Positions 37,838 through 47,740 of a stretch of DNA of 64,000 nt are shown here, in pieces (within the stretch, counting starts at the first letter, position 1; every line of letters begins with the position of its first letter). Below the pieces are notes generated by a model. It did not search any database. It was not told the origin of the DNA and saw only the letters and a list, made by a program, of their open reading frames with translations. The stretch lies in assembly GCA_037200925.1 (NCBI GenBank), contig JBBCGO010000001.1, positions 447,698 through 511,697 of the forward strand, written 5' to 3'. The DNA comes from Candidatus Doudnabacteria bacterium (lineage in GTDB: Bacteria; Patescibacteriota; Doudnabacteria; UBA920; O2-02-FULL-48-8). A program made the position numbers and the translations under genes.

Positions 37838-38326
37838 TTAAAATTGTTCGATCTTGCCGGCAACAATTGAAATGTTAGAATCTATTTTTAATTCTTCGGC
37901 AAATTCCTTAAGTTCATCGAAAATCTGAAAAGGACTGATAAAAACGCTTTTTTGGATCTGGGTGTAGCCGTGCCTGATAAGATAACGCCGGAAGTTATCC
38001 CTGGCCCTATGCTTTTCCTCGGGAATATCAAACATGATGATCGTAGACTGCCCATCTGTTCTGTTCATTTTTACTAGCGGCTTTTGACGCAATTTTTTCG
38101 CTTTGTCGGTCAGGATATATGCAGAGCCGTCGTGTTTTCGCACCTTTGTAACCAAGCCGTTCTTTTCAAATCTTTCAAGTCTCCGGTAATAGGTCGTTCT
38201 GGGAATTCGGTGAATTTTTAATTTCCCATAAGGCGTAAAAACGATATCCTCTATTAAGAGGCCCAAGTCCTCTGCCATGGCAAACATTTCTACTGCAATT
38301 TCATAGGCAAGCTCTTTATTGTTCAT
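37838..38326 (-). CDS. PaaX-like regulator: N-terminal winged HTH plus a C-terminal Cas2-like-fold domain
   Basis: C-terminal TIIMFDIPEEKHRARDNFRRYLIRHGYTQIQKSVFISPF resembles the Cas2/PaaX_C fold pattern. Confidence 0.5.
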   Translation of the reverse strand: MNNKELAYEIAVEMFAMAEDLGLLIEDIVFTPYGKLKIHRIPRTTYYRRLERFEKNGLVTKVRKHDGSAYILTDKAKKLRQKPLVKMNRTDGQSTIIMFDIPEEKHRARDNFRRYLIRHGYTQIQKSVFISPFQIFDELKEFAEELKIDSNISIVAGKIEQF

Positions 38327-38420
38327 GAACCTATCGTACCACTTTCTGCTCGGTCGAGCAAAAAATGGTACTCGAGATATCTAAAATATATCTAAATATG
38401 TGTTATAGATTTATTCTTCC

Positions 38421-38494
38421 TGGTCGGGGTGCTGGGAATTGAACCCAGTCTACCTGCTCCCAAAGCAGGCGTACTACCGGTATACGACACCCCG
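38421..38494 (-). tRNA. tRNA-Pro (anticodon TGG)
   Basis: Acceptor CGGGGTG/CACCCCG. Anticodon stem CCTGC/GCAGG with loop TTTGGGA. T-arm CTGGG-TTCAATT-CCCAG. CCA encoded. Confidence 0.85.
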
Positions 38495-38567
38495 TCGTCT
38501 CAGCCGGCAGACGCTTCGCGATTTTGCTTTGCAAAATGCGCTACGGTCTGCATGCTGCTCCTCTCAA
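38495..38567 (-). promoter_or_regulatory. Conserved structured tRNA 5'-leader element, copy C
   Basis: The minus-strand reading ttgagaggagcagcatgcagaccgtagcgcattttgcaaagcaaaatcgcgaagcgtctgccggctgagacga abuts the tRNA-Pro 5' end. Confidence 0.6.
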
Positions 38568-38708
38568 TTTCAAATGCCATAAACTACCCTTGTCAGCATT
38601 TGAAATTGTAAAAAAACAACTTAACTGCTCTATTATACAAAAATTCGGTTGTAATTAAAACCCCCGAATCCGCCAGACGGCGAACGGGGGTTTTTGCATA
38701 TAATAATT

Positions 38709-38999
38709 TTAACTCGGCATGGAAGTCCGGACGGCTTCTTTCAGATTTTTGCCGGCGCGGAACTTCGGGACCCTGGTGGCCGCGATCTGGATCTTCTGCT
38801 CCGGGTGCTGCGGATTCACGCCCATGCGGGCCGAGCGGCTGGAAACCATGAAAGCGCCGAAGCCCGAAATATTAACTTCCTGCCCGTTCTTCAGAGCATC
38901 GGTTATGACTTCCACGAATCCATGCAGGATCTTTTCCGCTTCGCTTTTGCCCACAGCCAGTTTGGCCGCCAAAGTATCTATCAATTCTTGTTTGTTCAT
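38709..38999 (-). CDS. hup: HU/IHF family DNA-binding protein
   Basis: MNKQELIDTLA...GFGAF...R.ARMGVNP....I.I.A...P.F.AGK matches the HU signature. Confidence 0.9.
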   Translation of the reverse strand: MNKQELIDTLAAKLAVGKSEAEKILHGFVEVITDALKNGQEVNISGFGAFMVSSRSARMGVNPQHPEQKIQIAATRVPKFRAGKNLKEAVRTSMPS

Positions 39000-41266
39000 A
39001 AACTTTTATTCCGCAGCATTAACTTGACTAGAATATAGCAGAAAGCCAAATTTAAGGCAAAACTGCCGGCCAAAAACCACAACCACTGCCTGCTTGTATT
39101 TACAGGCGTTGGATAGGATAAAACAGGCCCAGCGGCAACTGCGGCAATTTCGTTCGAGCCGCTGACTATGCCGGTGGAATCTGCTTGTGACTGCGAATCA
39201 ACACTTGCGACTGCAAGCCGATCTTGGCGGATCGGTTCGGAGATCGTTGAAGACGTATTAACTTTCTTAACCGGAACAGCGGCTGCAGCCAAAGCTATTT
39301 GATTGGCGGCTCCAGGGGTCAATTTGACGCTCCAGGCGTAAGTGCCGTCCGCAGTTAAATTGTAAGATTGCTCGGGAGGCGCATCCTCGTATTCCACTGC
39401 CGCCACCGAAACTTGCTTGGGATCTGTCAGGCTGACTGTTTCCTTGCCGGTATTGTTGAGCGAAATATTGCTTTCAGATTTAGGGATGACCAAATAGCCG
39501 CTTGCGGGAATTGTAACTGACAACTTATAACTTGTAGCACTGTCAGCTATCTTAAATCCTGTCAGATCCACATCTTCCGCACCCGGGTTAAATAATTCTA
39601 TGAATTCCTCCTGCTGGCTCTTTCTTAATGGTTCAGGAAAAAGTTCGTTAATGAGAATTGAGATCTGCTGCGGTTCTGGTACCGATTCGGACCGGATATT
39701 CGCGGCATTGGGCGTTGGGTCGCCCCAAACCCATTTGCCGTTCACAAAAGCGCAGCTTAGATCTTCTGCGGCATTTTCATACGCCACCGAATCGATCAAA
39801 ACATTATTTTCATTGAACAGACGTACCGTATCGGAAGTGTTATTCAGGCTGAACTTGCCTGCCGGAATGACCAGCACGGCAAAGCCTCCGGGAGAAACTA
39901 TCGGGCTTTGGATCTTGTAGCTTGATGAACCAATATCACTGCCGACCAACCCGTCATCCAGAGTCCAATTATGCAAATATACCGGCTCAGTTCCATTATT
40001 TGTAACCTCCACCCACTCCGCACCGGAATCAGGACCTGCAGGGTTGGGAAAAATTTCATTGATCTTTATCAAAGTTTGCGCAGCCGCAGTAATTCCGGTC
40101 TCGGAACTTTCTATGAATTGATTGGGCTCGCCTTTGGTCGGGAATTGTGTCCAGGCATAGATCCCGTCCGTTTTCAGAGCATAGGCAATGTCAATTTTCG
40201 CACTGTCATTGTAACTGACCTGCTTGAATAAAGTTTTACTCGGCCAAAATATTCTTAAATTATCACCTCCGGTATTATCCAGCACAAAAGCCGAGTCTGG
40301 CAGATCGATGGCCAAATAACTCTTGGCCAAAACGGAAACTCCGGCAGGAATAGTATAGGCGGAAGAGCCGATAGAGCCGTCGGCCGATTCATCATCAATG
40401 ATCCAGCCGCCCAGATCCACATCAGCGGGCGAGTTATTGTAAAGTTCCACCCACTCCGCTCCCGCATCAGGACCGTCCGGATTCGGCAGGAATTCTGAGA
40501 TCAAAATATCGGATGAATAAACCGGCATTGCCTGACCTCCGCCGCCTGACTGCTGCTGATCATCAGCCGGCGGGCTGGGCGGTGGTGGCGGTGGCGGAGG
40601 TTCAGCAGGAGGCGGTTCCGCGGGTGGCGGCTCGGCAGGCGGGGGCTCTACGGTAATTGCCGGCACAGCCGGGCTTTGTGAATTCCTCGGATGAGCGGTG
40701 GCTTGCAGAAAAAAATCAGCGGCATTGTTATTGGTATCAGCGCCATTGCCAAGGTCAGCTCCCGGCATTCGTTCCAGACTCTGATTCGCCGCAGGATTGG
40801 AAGCGAACGCCGATGCTTCCACAAATGCATTTGCCGCCAATCCCCATGCAACGCTATCAATGATGGTGCCCGTATCCTCTGCGCCACTGCGTAGCGCCAC
40901 GCCATTGTCATCCGCAATACTGCCCGTGGTCGCAACATCAGGCGTTGCCGCGATATCCGTAAAAGAAGAATTGGCCCACAAATAAAATCCATGCGGATGC
41001 ACGATCGTAGAGTCAGTCCAGGATTTCAGAGAGGTGTCAGTCGTGCCGGTCTTGGTTCTTTTTACCAGGCGCATGCCGGACAGGTCAATATCGGCTGATG
41101 TGGGATTATATATTTCCACAAAATCATTAGTGGTTTTCCCGGGCCCGCCGGTTGTCTGCACCTGGCTGATGACCAGGTGGTCCGCATCAGCAAGCGCCAG
41201 CAATGGAAAAAATAAAATACAAACGGGAGCAATCATGAAAAAAATATATCGAATTCGCTTTATCAT
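38996..41266 (-). CDS. Secreted lamin-tail-domain (LTD) protein with four LTD repeats, Pro-rich linkers and a C-terminal TM anchor
   Basis: Recurrent I[SN]E[FIL][LF]PNP...GAEWVE[LV][YT]N motifs. (EPPPA)n repeats. C-terminal hydrophobic helix. Confidence 0.8.
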   Translation of the reverse strand: MIKRIRYIFFMIAPVCILFFPLLALADADHLVISQVQTTGGPGKTTNDFVEIYNPTSADIDLSGMRLVKRTKTGTTDTSLKSWTDSTIVHPHGFYLWANSSFTDIAATPDVATTGSIADDNGVALRSGAEDTGTIIDSVAWGLAANAFVEASAFASNPAANQSLERMPGADLGNGADTNNNAADFFLQATAHPRNSQSPAVPAITVEPPPAEPPPAEPPPAEPPPPPPPPSPPADDQQQSGGGGQAMPVYSSDILISEFLPNPDGPDAGAEWVELYNNSPADVDLGGWIIDDESADGSIGSSAYTIPAGVSVLAKSYLAIDLPDSAFVLDNTGGDNLRIFWPSKTLFKQVSYNDSAKIDIAYALKTDGIYAWTQFPTKGEPNQFIESSETGITAAAQTLIKINEIFPNPAGPDSGAEWVEVTNNGTEPVYLHNWTLDDGLVGSDIGSSSYKIQSPIVSPGGFAVLVIPAGKFSLNNTSDTVRLFNENNVLIDSVAYENAAEDLSCAFVNGKWVWGDPTPNAANIRSESVPEPQQISILINELFPEPLRKSQQEEFIELFNPGAEDVDLTGFKIADSATSYKLSVTIPASGYLVIPKSESNISLNNTGKETVSLTDPKQVSVAAVEYEDAPPEQSYNLTADGTYAWSVKLTPGAANQIALAAAAVPVKKVNTSSTISEPIRQDRLAVASVDSQSQADSTGIVSGSNEIAAVAAGPVLSYPTPVNTSRQWLWFLAGSFALNLAFCYILVKLMLRNKSL

Positions 41267-41465
41267 AAAATTATTGTAGTCAGCCGATTTATCGGCTATT
41301 AATTAATTATAAAAATGCTATAAACAATTCGCGAGTCCCAAAACCGCATCTGCGAGCGACCGCAATTCCTAAGCCTAGTTTAGGCGGTTGCGTGGCAGTC
41401 TAATCTAAGGATTAGATTGCTTCGTCGCTGCGCTCCTTGCAAATGCGTCATATTCACGTGGAATT

Positions 41466-41762
41466 CTAATCCAAGTCTTCATAAAGATCTTTCCAGTCTT
41501 TGTTAAGACTTTCTATTAATTTTACTTTGTCATTTCGAGACCCTGCTTTGATTTGTTTTTCTCGATTAAGTGCTGACTCTAAATCACTATAAACTTCATA
41601 ATAAATTAATTTGTTGATATTATATCGCTTTGTAAAACCTTCGACCAGTTTTTGTTTATGCTCCCATATCCGTTCTTTCAAACTCTTACCGGTAGAACCG
41701 GTATATAAAACAGTATTTGTATAATTTGTCATTATGTAAACAAACGATAACTTGTCTTGCAT
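41466..41762 (-). CDS. GIY-YIG nuclease family protein (YhbQ-like)
   Basis: VYIMTN...LYTGSTG...R...H. Confidence 0.8.
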   Translation of the reverse strand: MQDKLSFVYIMTNYTNTVLYTGSTGKSLKERIWEHKQKLVEGFTKRYNINKLIYYEVYSDLESALNREKQIKAGSRNDKVKLIESLNKDWKDLYEDLD

Positions 41763-41873
41763 AGATTAGATTGCTTCGGAGCAATGCTCCTCGCAAATTC
41801 ACCTAAATAATTCTGACAGGGATAAGATTTTTCGAACATAAAAGCGCCTTATGCTTTAGGCGCTTCTTTTTCT

Positions 41874-42335
41874 TTATCTTCTTTTGTTTCTTTCTCCCGG
41901 GCTTCCCCTGCCAGCTTCTCTTCTTCCGGCAGCTGCTTGTAGAGGGTTCCCATCACTCCGTTGATGAACTTGCCGCTGCTCTCCCCCCCCGAAAGCCTTG
42001 CCCAGCTCCACCGCCTCATTGATCACCACTTTCGGCGGCACCTCTTTGCTGAACATCAGCTCGTAGATCCCCAGTCTCAGGATGTTCCGGTCAATGACCG
42101 TGATCTGCTCCAGCGGCCACTCCGGGGCCGTTTTGACGATTATCTTGTCAATGTCCTCCAAGTGCTTTTCCACTCCGTTTATCAGCTCAAAAATAAAAGC
42201 GGGATCATCGAGCCCGGGCGCAAACTGTTTGACGTTGAATTCCGTGATCGCCAAAAGCGGCCTTACGCGCTCGTTGAAGTCCCACTCATATAAAGATTGC
42301 ATTGCCACCGTGCGGGATAAATGCCTGTTGGCCAT
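41874..42335 (-). CDS. nusB: Transcription antitermination factor NusB. The 3' end is probably frameshifted at a C8/G8 homopolymer (41983-41990).
   Basis: RHLSRTVAMQSLYEWDF. The alternative frame after the G-run gives the canonical NusB tail GGESSGKFINGVMGTLYKQL. Confidence 0.8.
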   Translation of the reverse strand: MANRHLSRTVAMQSLYEWDFNERVRPLLAITEFNVKQFAPGLDDPAFIFELINGVEKHLEDIDKIIVKTAPEWPLEQITVIDRNILRLGIYELMFSKEVPPKVVINEAVELGKAFGGGEQRQVHQRSDGNPLQAAAGRREAGRGSPGERNKRR

Positions 42336-42336
42336 A

Positions 42337-42531
42337 CTACTTCTTTGCTTTCTTGACTTTGACCTTGATCACTTGGCGGCCTTTGTAGTAACCGCAGTTC
42401 TTGCAAACTTCATGGGGCAAAGTTGGAAAATTGCAATTCTTGCAAACCGACAATGCGGATGCTTTCAGATGATCGTGCGAGCGTCTCTGATTCCGGCCCG
42501 ACCGGGTTTTATGCTTCTTTGGAACTGCCAT
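42337..42531 (-). CDS. rpmF: 50S ribosomal protein L32
   Basis: MAVPKKHKTRSGRNQRRSH plus C..C....C..C. Confidence 0.85.
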   Translation of the reverse strand: MAVPKKHKTRSGRNQRRSHDHLKASALSVCKNCNFPTLPHEVCKNCGYYKGRQVIKVKVKKAKK

Positions 42532-42596
42532 ATTTTTTCGTTGAATTATTTAAAATTACTATAGATGTATAACATAAAAGACCATTAGGGTCAAAT

Positions 42597-42630
42597 AAAA
42601 CCCCACACCAAAAATTTTGGTGTGGGGTTA
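42597..42630. terminator. Strong palindromic hairpin (terminator-like, functional on either strand)
   Basis: aaccccacaccaaaaattttggtgtggggtt followed by A/T runs. Confidence 0.5.
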
Positions 42631-43291
42631 AAAAAATTCTCAAATATCTGTCGGTGAACAGGAGTTTCTGACATTTTGTAAACAAAATTTCAGAATTCAC
42701 CGACAGATAACTGAGAACTTTGGGAAACGGGCGGGGAATGACAGTCGATGTTGACTGACTTACTCATTCCCCTTCTTGCGCGTAACTTTTGGCTTAACCC
42801 ACCAATCCAGCACAAGGCTGGCTATCAAAGCGGGGATGCCGAAGGCCAAAATAACATTGGCTAACTCCTTCATATTGGTGCCTCCAAGTAGTTTTTGAAG
42901 CGGGGCTGGGATCCCGCTTCTTTTGGTGTTTGCAACTACTTCTGATCCTCCGGTAAAAAATCTTCAAACCAGAGATAGATGCGGTCGAGCCAAATGGTCA
43001 TTCGGCGGTAGATGCGCGAAGACGTGAATCTGGGCAGACGAACGACGACGATTGTGATCATGCTCCACTCCGTCAGAAACTAAGTTTCCGGGTTTCCGAA
43101 CGCCGAGTGTACGAGCGCCGCCGGTTCGGGAGTATTCTAACCCTTTTCTCTCTTGCGTTCAAGCAGGAGGAACAGGGTAAAATTACTTTCCGATCCTCTG
43201 GATCCAAATTGATTTGGGTCCAGGGGAAGGGAGCAGGCTGGAAAACGGGTTCAAGCCTGCTGTCTTGGGGTTTGTTTTGGCGGGTTGCATG

Positions 43292-43495
43292 TCACATCTC
43301 CAGCTGGTCGAGCCAGTCCTGAAGGTTCCGCTCAGCCCGCGCCTTTATCTGGCATAGCCGGCATTCCGCGATGTGGTCAAACATGAGACGCTTGACCTCG
43401 CCAAATGCCGAGCGGACGGGCTTGCCGGTCCTTACTGATTCGACATAGTCGGTCACCTCGTCGTCCGTCATGCACCGCTCGCCATGGTATTCCAT
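43292..43495 (-). CDS. Hypothetical small protein
   Basis: ORF only. GC-rich. Confidence 0.35.
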   Translation of the reverse strand: MEYHGERCMTDDEVTDYVESVRTGKPVRSAFGEVKRLMFDHIAECRLCQIKARAERNLQDWLDQLEM

Positions 43496-43506
43496 CTCTC
43501 ACCTCA

Positions 43507-43683
43507 AGGTCTGCTCAGGCAGACATTGGCCAACTGCACGGGAAGTTTGTTGCATAATTCTTCCTTGTGCGCGGCCAGATACCCCAGGCCGACGGCGGCG
43601 ATACCTACGGCAATAAAAATGATCATGATGACCAGTAATTGCCTATCGGTGAGAGGCTTCGGGTCTTCTTCATCATTCGTCAT
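43507..43683 (-). CDS. Hypothetical small membrane protein (58 aa, manual)
   Basis: MTNDEEDPKPLTDRQLLVIMIIFIAVGIAAVGLGYLAAHKEELCNKLPVQLANVCLSRP. Confidence 0.3.
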
Positions 43684-43686
43684 GAT

Positions 43687-43971
43687 TCACCTCTTCACGG
43701 GTTGCGAATCGAGCTCGTTTTGAACCTTGCGGCGGCGGATATTGCAACCGGCGCACGGTTTCGCCCTGTCATCCCCATTCAAGTGCACTAATATCCGGGC
43801 GTTGTCTTGCATCGAGAAACCAGTAGCGTCGTCGAAGGTCCTCACACCACAAAATACCTCAATCTCCGCCAATGTGAGACACTTGCCGCCATAGACCATC
43901 TTCATAAATCCTCCTAAAACTTTCCGTTTTTTCCGTACAACTCCTCTGGATCCAAATCGCTTTGGGTCCAA
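43687..43971 (-). CDS. Hypothetical protein (probable start at MKMVYGG)
   Basis: ORF only. Confidence 0.35.
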   Translation of the reverse strand: MDPKRFGSRGVVRKKRKVLGGFMKMVYGGKCLTLAEIEVFCGVRTFDDATGFSMQDNARILVHLNGDDRAKPCAGCNIRRRKVQNELDSQPVKR

Positions 43972-44059
43972 GGGAATGGGGATGTCTTTCTTGGGAAGAC
44001 ATCCGGTTAAAATTCATGGCTCAAGACCATGCGCAAGCGCTATGCCTGCGGTTTCCTCC

Positions 44060-44428
44060 TTAATCCTTGTTGGCCACTCGAGTCCAATTGTTCGAGCCGC
44101 AGTTTGTGCAGGTCAGCCAGCCCTTTTTCCAAATGAAAGGTTTTTTGGACTTACATTTGGGGTTGAAGCACTTCCGCAAATCTTCGGAAAGGGGCTCCAG
44201 GGATTTGATCTCCAATGCGCGAATGAGCTGAGGCTCTGAGACTACCTCATGCGCTTCGTCAGAGGAAAAAAAGACGTAATATAGCTCTATCCCCGCGAAG
44301 GAAGTAATCGCCTTGTTCGCCCGGGCCATTACAATAACATCGCCTGCTTCCTCGGTGCCATCGAGCAAGACACAATTGTATTGTGCCTGCTCGTCCCATT
44401 TAATTTCCACATGTGCCTCACGCGCCAT
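44060..44428 (-). CDS. Hypothetical protein with a C-terminal Cys cluster (zinc ribbon-like)
   Basis: CFNPKCKSKK...CTNCGSNNW. Confidence 0.4.
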   Translation of the reverse strand: MAREAHVEIKWDEQAQYNCVLLDGTEEAGDVIVMARANKAITSFAGIELYYVFFSSDEAHEVVSEPQLIRALEIKSLEPLSEDLRKCFNPKCKSKKPFIWKKGWLTCTNCGSNNWTRVANKD

Positions 44429-44465
44429 ATGCGCTAACTGAGCTGTTTACAAAAAATTGCTGACC

Positions 44466-44666
44466 TTAGAATTTGATTTTCGCCAGGATAATGCCCCACA
44501 ACATGAGGATCAAAGCTAAGATCATCATGATACCGAGCATCTCCGGGTAAAGCGGCAAGCCCGTGATCATCAGGAACAATCCGCCTGCACTCTTGTAGAA
44601 CACGAGCATCAACACGACGTAGACAGGCAATGTGACAAGAACGTAGCCGATCGTTTTACGAACCAT
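44466..44666 (-). CDS. Small membrane protein
   Basis: Two TM helices. Confidence 0.4.
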   Translation of the reverse strand: MVRKTIGYVLVTLPVYVVLMLVFYKSAGGLFLMITGLPLYPEMLGIMMILALILMLWGIILAKIKF

Positions 44667-45535
44667 GTGGACCCTCGTGCTTGGGAAACTCTTTTGCGGG
44701 AGCTTGATTGCTTGCCCACAACTCTGAATGCTTAGTGAACTTTACGGGGCAAATAGATATCCGTGTTACAACTTTTAAGTATTCAGAATAGTGGGAGCAA
44801 TTCCTTTGTTTTCACAATTGAATGTACTTAACTGTTATAGGTTCGAGACTGATATTCAGTGATTCTCTCTTAACTTTAGTTAACTACACTCGCATTCTAG
44901 AAACAAATTTATTCAATTTTTTCTTTCGTTTTGTTCTTACATTAAGAAACAGGATTCCGATCCTCTGAACTCCATTCTCCGCGAAATTAATGGCGGATGA
45001 AGTACAAGGGAAGAGAGAACTGTTGGCGGGCAGTTCTTTTGGTGCTCTATTGAGCAACCTAATGTTTATTAATCCGGCCGCCAAGCCGTTTTTTTTTGTG
45101 AACTCCTTTTATTGTTGCGGGCTGCGGATGAGCATCGCGATGGCACAAATGGCCAAGGCCAGCACGATTCCGGTGAGCGCTATGACGTGCGTGCCGTTCT
45201 GTTCCAAGAACAGCCATTGAAACATTCTATCGTTCATTCTGTACTTCTTTCTTGCTGTGACAAGGGACCCATATTACCTTACAAAGATAATGATCACTAC
45301 GTCTGCAAACAATACGATGGCAAATATCACCATGGCACAATTGAGCGAAAGGTTGACGTACCCATCAATTTTAGTCCGATTCAGCTTCATGTCACCTTCT
45401 TGACTTAAACTAGGAAAGAACTCGGGAATTATTTCCCTTCCAAAATCTTCTAGCTTTAGAAAACTTAGGAAGAGGCGAGACGGTTATTGACTGTCTCGCA
45501 AACTTCGCACACACGAACTTCCTCCTGTAAATTAT

Positions 45536-46078
45536 CTATCCGCGCATCGCATGAGTCGACCAGTACTCGATTGCTATTGCGAATTGCTCGGCGGTATACC
45601 AGTCAGAATATGTCCCACCGGGTAGGCCCAGCATGTCGCGAGCCATGGCCACCGGATGCATGGGTACCCGTTCTTCGGCTGGACATGCGTCGAATGAAAT
45701 GATCTCCCACTCGTGATCGCCGACGGGCCCGTGATCTTTATCTAGAGAATCGCGGTGACGGATAACGATATCCACCACACCCTTAGCCGGCATCTTCACG
45801 CCGCCGAGTGCGGTAACTACGAGAAGTTTACTCTCACCATCTCGGCGCGCTTCGAAAGTTGCCTTTAAAGGCGTTTCGTCCGTTACTTCGACGACACTTG
45901 TGAAAAACCCTTTTGACGAAACCGGGACATCCTTCTCTCCTTCGCGATACCCGTTAGAAGCGGATTTGAAGCGTTCTTCGACCATAGCGATGAGAGTCTC
46001 CCAACCGCCTTCAAAATGCGAGAACCGCGATTCCGGAGTCTGTCTTTTCACGAATTCTCCGATGCCGATCAATTTCAT
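45536..46078 (-). CDS. Hypothetical protein
   Basis: 180-aa ORF flanked by 60-nt direct repeats. Confidence 0.4.
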   Translation of the reverse strand: MKLIGIGEFVKRQTPESRFSHFEGGWETLIAMVEERFKSASNGYREGEKDVPVSSKGFFTSVVEVTDETPLKATFEARRDGESKLLVVTALGGVKMPAKGVVDIVIRHRDSLDKDHGPVGDHEWEIISFDACPAEERVPMHPVAMARDMLGLPGGTYSDWYTAEQFAIAIEYWSTHAMRG

Positions 46079-46233
46079 ATCACCCTCACTATTTAGCTAG
46101 GAGCCAAAGAACTCGGGAATTATTTCCCTTCCAAAATCTTCTAGCTTTAGAAAACTTAGGAAGAGGCAGGCTTGAAAACGGGTTCAAGCCTGCTGTCTTT
46201 GTTTTGGCGGGATTCCCGATCGATGCACGGGAG

Positions 46234-46521
46234 CTAACGGTTTTGAGTCTGATCGAGAAAGAGATAGGTGCGAAAGTCATCCGACAAGCGCACGTATGGT
46301 GACAGCTTGCGCGCCAACTCTTCAACGTTATCGATTCGCGGCGGCGTGGCACCGATCCAGAAGATCGTGCCGTCCTTCTCTTCGCCGTTCTCCTCGTAGA
46401 TGTCGATGCGCTCGCCGTCTTCATCGATCATGTAGATCTGGCCGAAATACGACTGCAGCGGCGGATCCCATCCGACCAGCGCCTCGGTCTTGCTGTCTAT
46501 CTTCAAGATATACTGGGACAT
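46234..46521 (-). CDS. Hypothetical acidic protein
   Basis: ORF only. Confidence 0.35.
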   Translation of the reverse strand: MSQYILKIDSKTEALVGWDPPLQSYFGQIYMIDEDGERIDIYEENGEEKDGTIFWIGATPPRIDNVEELARKLSPYVRLSDDFRTYLFLDQTQNR

Positions 46522-46982
46522 TCTAACTCCTCCTATTTACCGCAGATTGACTTCATCGCGGCGTAGACCGATTGCTCCTGCTTCGTATCGAGCGAACGAA
46601 GCGGAAGCAACGTCGGCTTCTGGCGGTAGAACTTCACCGCCTGACAGATCACAAGCCACCCGAGAGCGAAGACGATAAATGCTGTCATGCTGACCTCTTT
46701 TTGAATTGAGTATTTTGTTTCGGCGATACTGGGTGCTATCAGGCAAGTAACGGGCTAAAGTTTATTTGACCCCCTTAAACCTGATAACAGCCCAACATTC
46801 GCGGAAACAAATGAGAAAATTACTAATTTCTAATATCTAATTTTTAATGTTCTCTTCTTTGAATCCAAATTGTTTTTAGATTCAAGGGAGAGAGAACTGT
46901 TGGCGCAGTTCGTTGTGGTTGCTACTGATGAGCAACCGGTGTGTAGAACTTGCGGCCGCCAAGCCGTTTGTGACTTCCTCCG

Positions 46983-47429
46983 TTAACCTCGAGTAGCTTG
47001 TCTCTGTCGCTGCATATACCGCTCTTTTCGGTACCGCCGACTTGTCCAAGCAAGCTGAAATTCAACTCGGTTGCTCACTCGAACGACATGGTATACGGCT
47101 TTGAGTTCCAATGCATCATCCTTTCGTCTCAATGCGTGGTTCTCAAAAACCCCGAACTCTTGGTGACCGTTAACCGCGGCCCAGAGGCAGTGTGACGTCT
47201 CGGCTGTCGTGTACGTAAATCCATCATGGTGTTCCGCGAGATACTCGCCGAATGCTTCGGTGGTTTTGAACACGACGCGATCCTTAATGATCTTAACGTC
47301 ATCGCCGTGGATTTCCCGAACGGCCTTGATCTGGCCGAGCGACATCTTCTGACGAGAAACCCAATAAATCTTCTCCATCTGAACCTCCCCACCTTTTAGG
47401 TGAGAGAAACGAACTGTCATTACTTCCAC
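46983..47429 (-). CDS. Hypothetical protein (probable start at MEKIYWV)
   Basis: ORF only. Confidence 0.35.
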   Translation of the reverse strand: MEVMTVRFSHLKGGEVQMEKIYWVSRQKMSLGQIKAVREIHGDDVKIIKDRVVFKTTEAFGEYLAEHHDGFTYTTAETSHCLWAAVNGHQEFGVFENHALRRKDDALELKAVYHVVRVSNRVEFQLAWTSRRYRKERYMQRQRQATRG

Positions 47430-47740
47430 GATTCTGGGTGCTTAAGCATGATTGCTTGAGGACAAATGTTGATTTTTCCTGCTAAATCAAGATAAGCCCC
47501 CAGAATGGTGGAAACAAAAAATGGTCCCGCAGGACCATTAAATTGCTCATACTTACTCGGTCCTGAACGAATAAGTACTATTATTCATATTGGTAAGGTA
47601 ATAGTCAATTGTACACTTAAATGCCGGTTTTGTCAAGCCTTATACCCAGCTTTATGTCAATAAAGGCTAATATTAGCCAAAAAAGAAATTATTAAAGGCT
47701 TAGATTGGCCAAAAAGGTTATGCTGGTATGGTTTGATTAT

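Noticed and set aside
38694-39038. Plus-strand ORFs antisense to hup
   Set aside because: Shadow ORFs of the well-supported HU gene.
42509-42700. 63-aa minus ORF upstream of rpmF
   Set aside because: It spans the strong palindromic terminator hairpin and a nested inverted repeat. It is unlikely to be coding.
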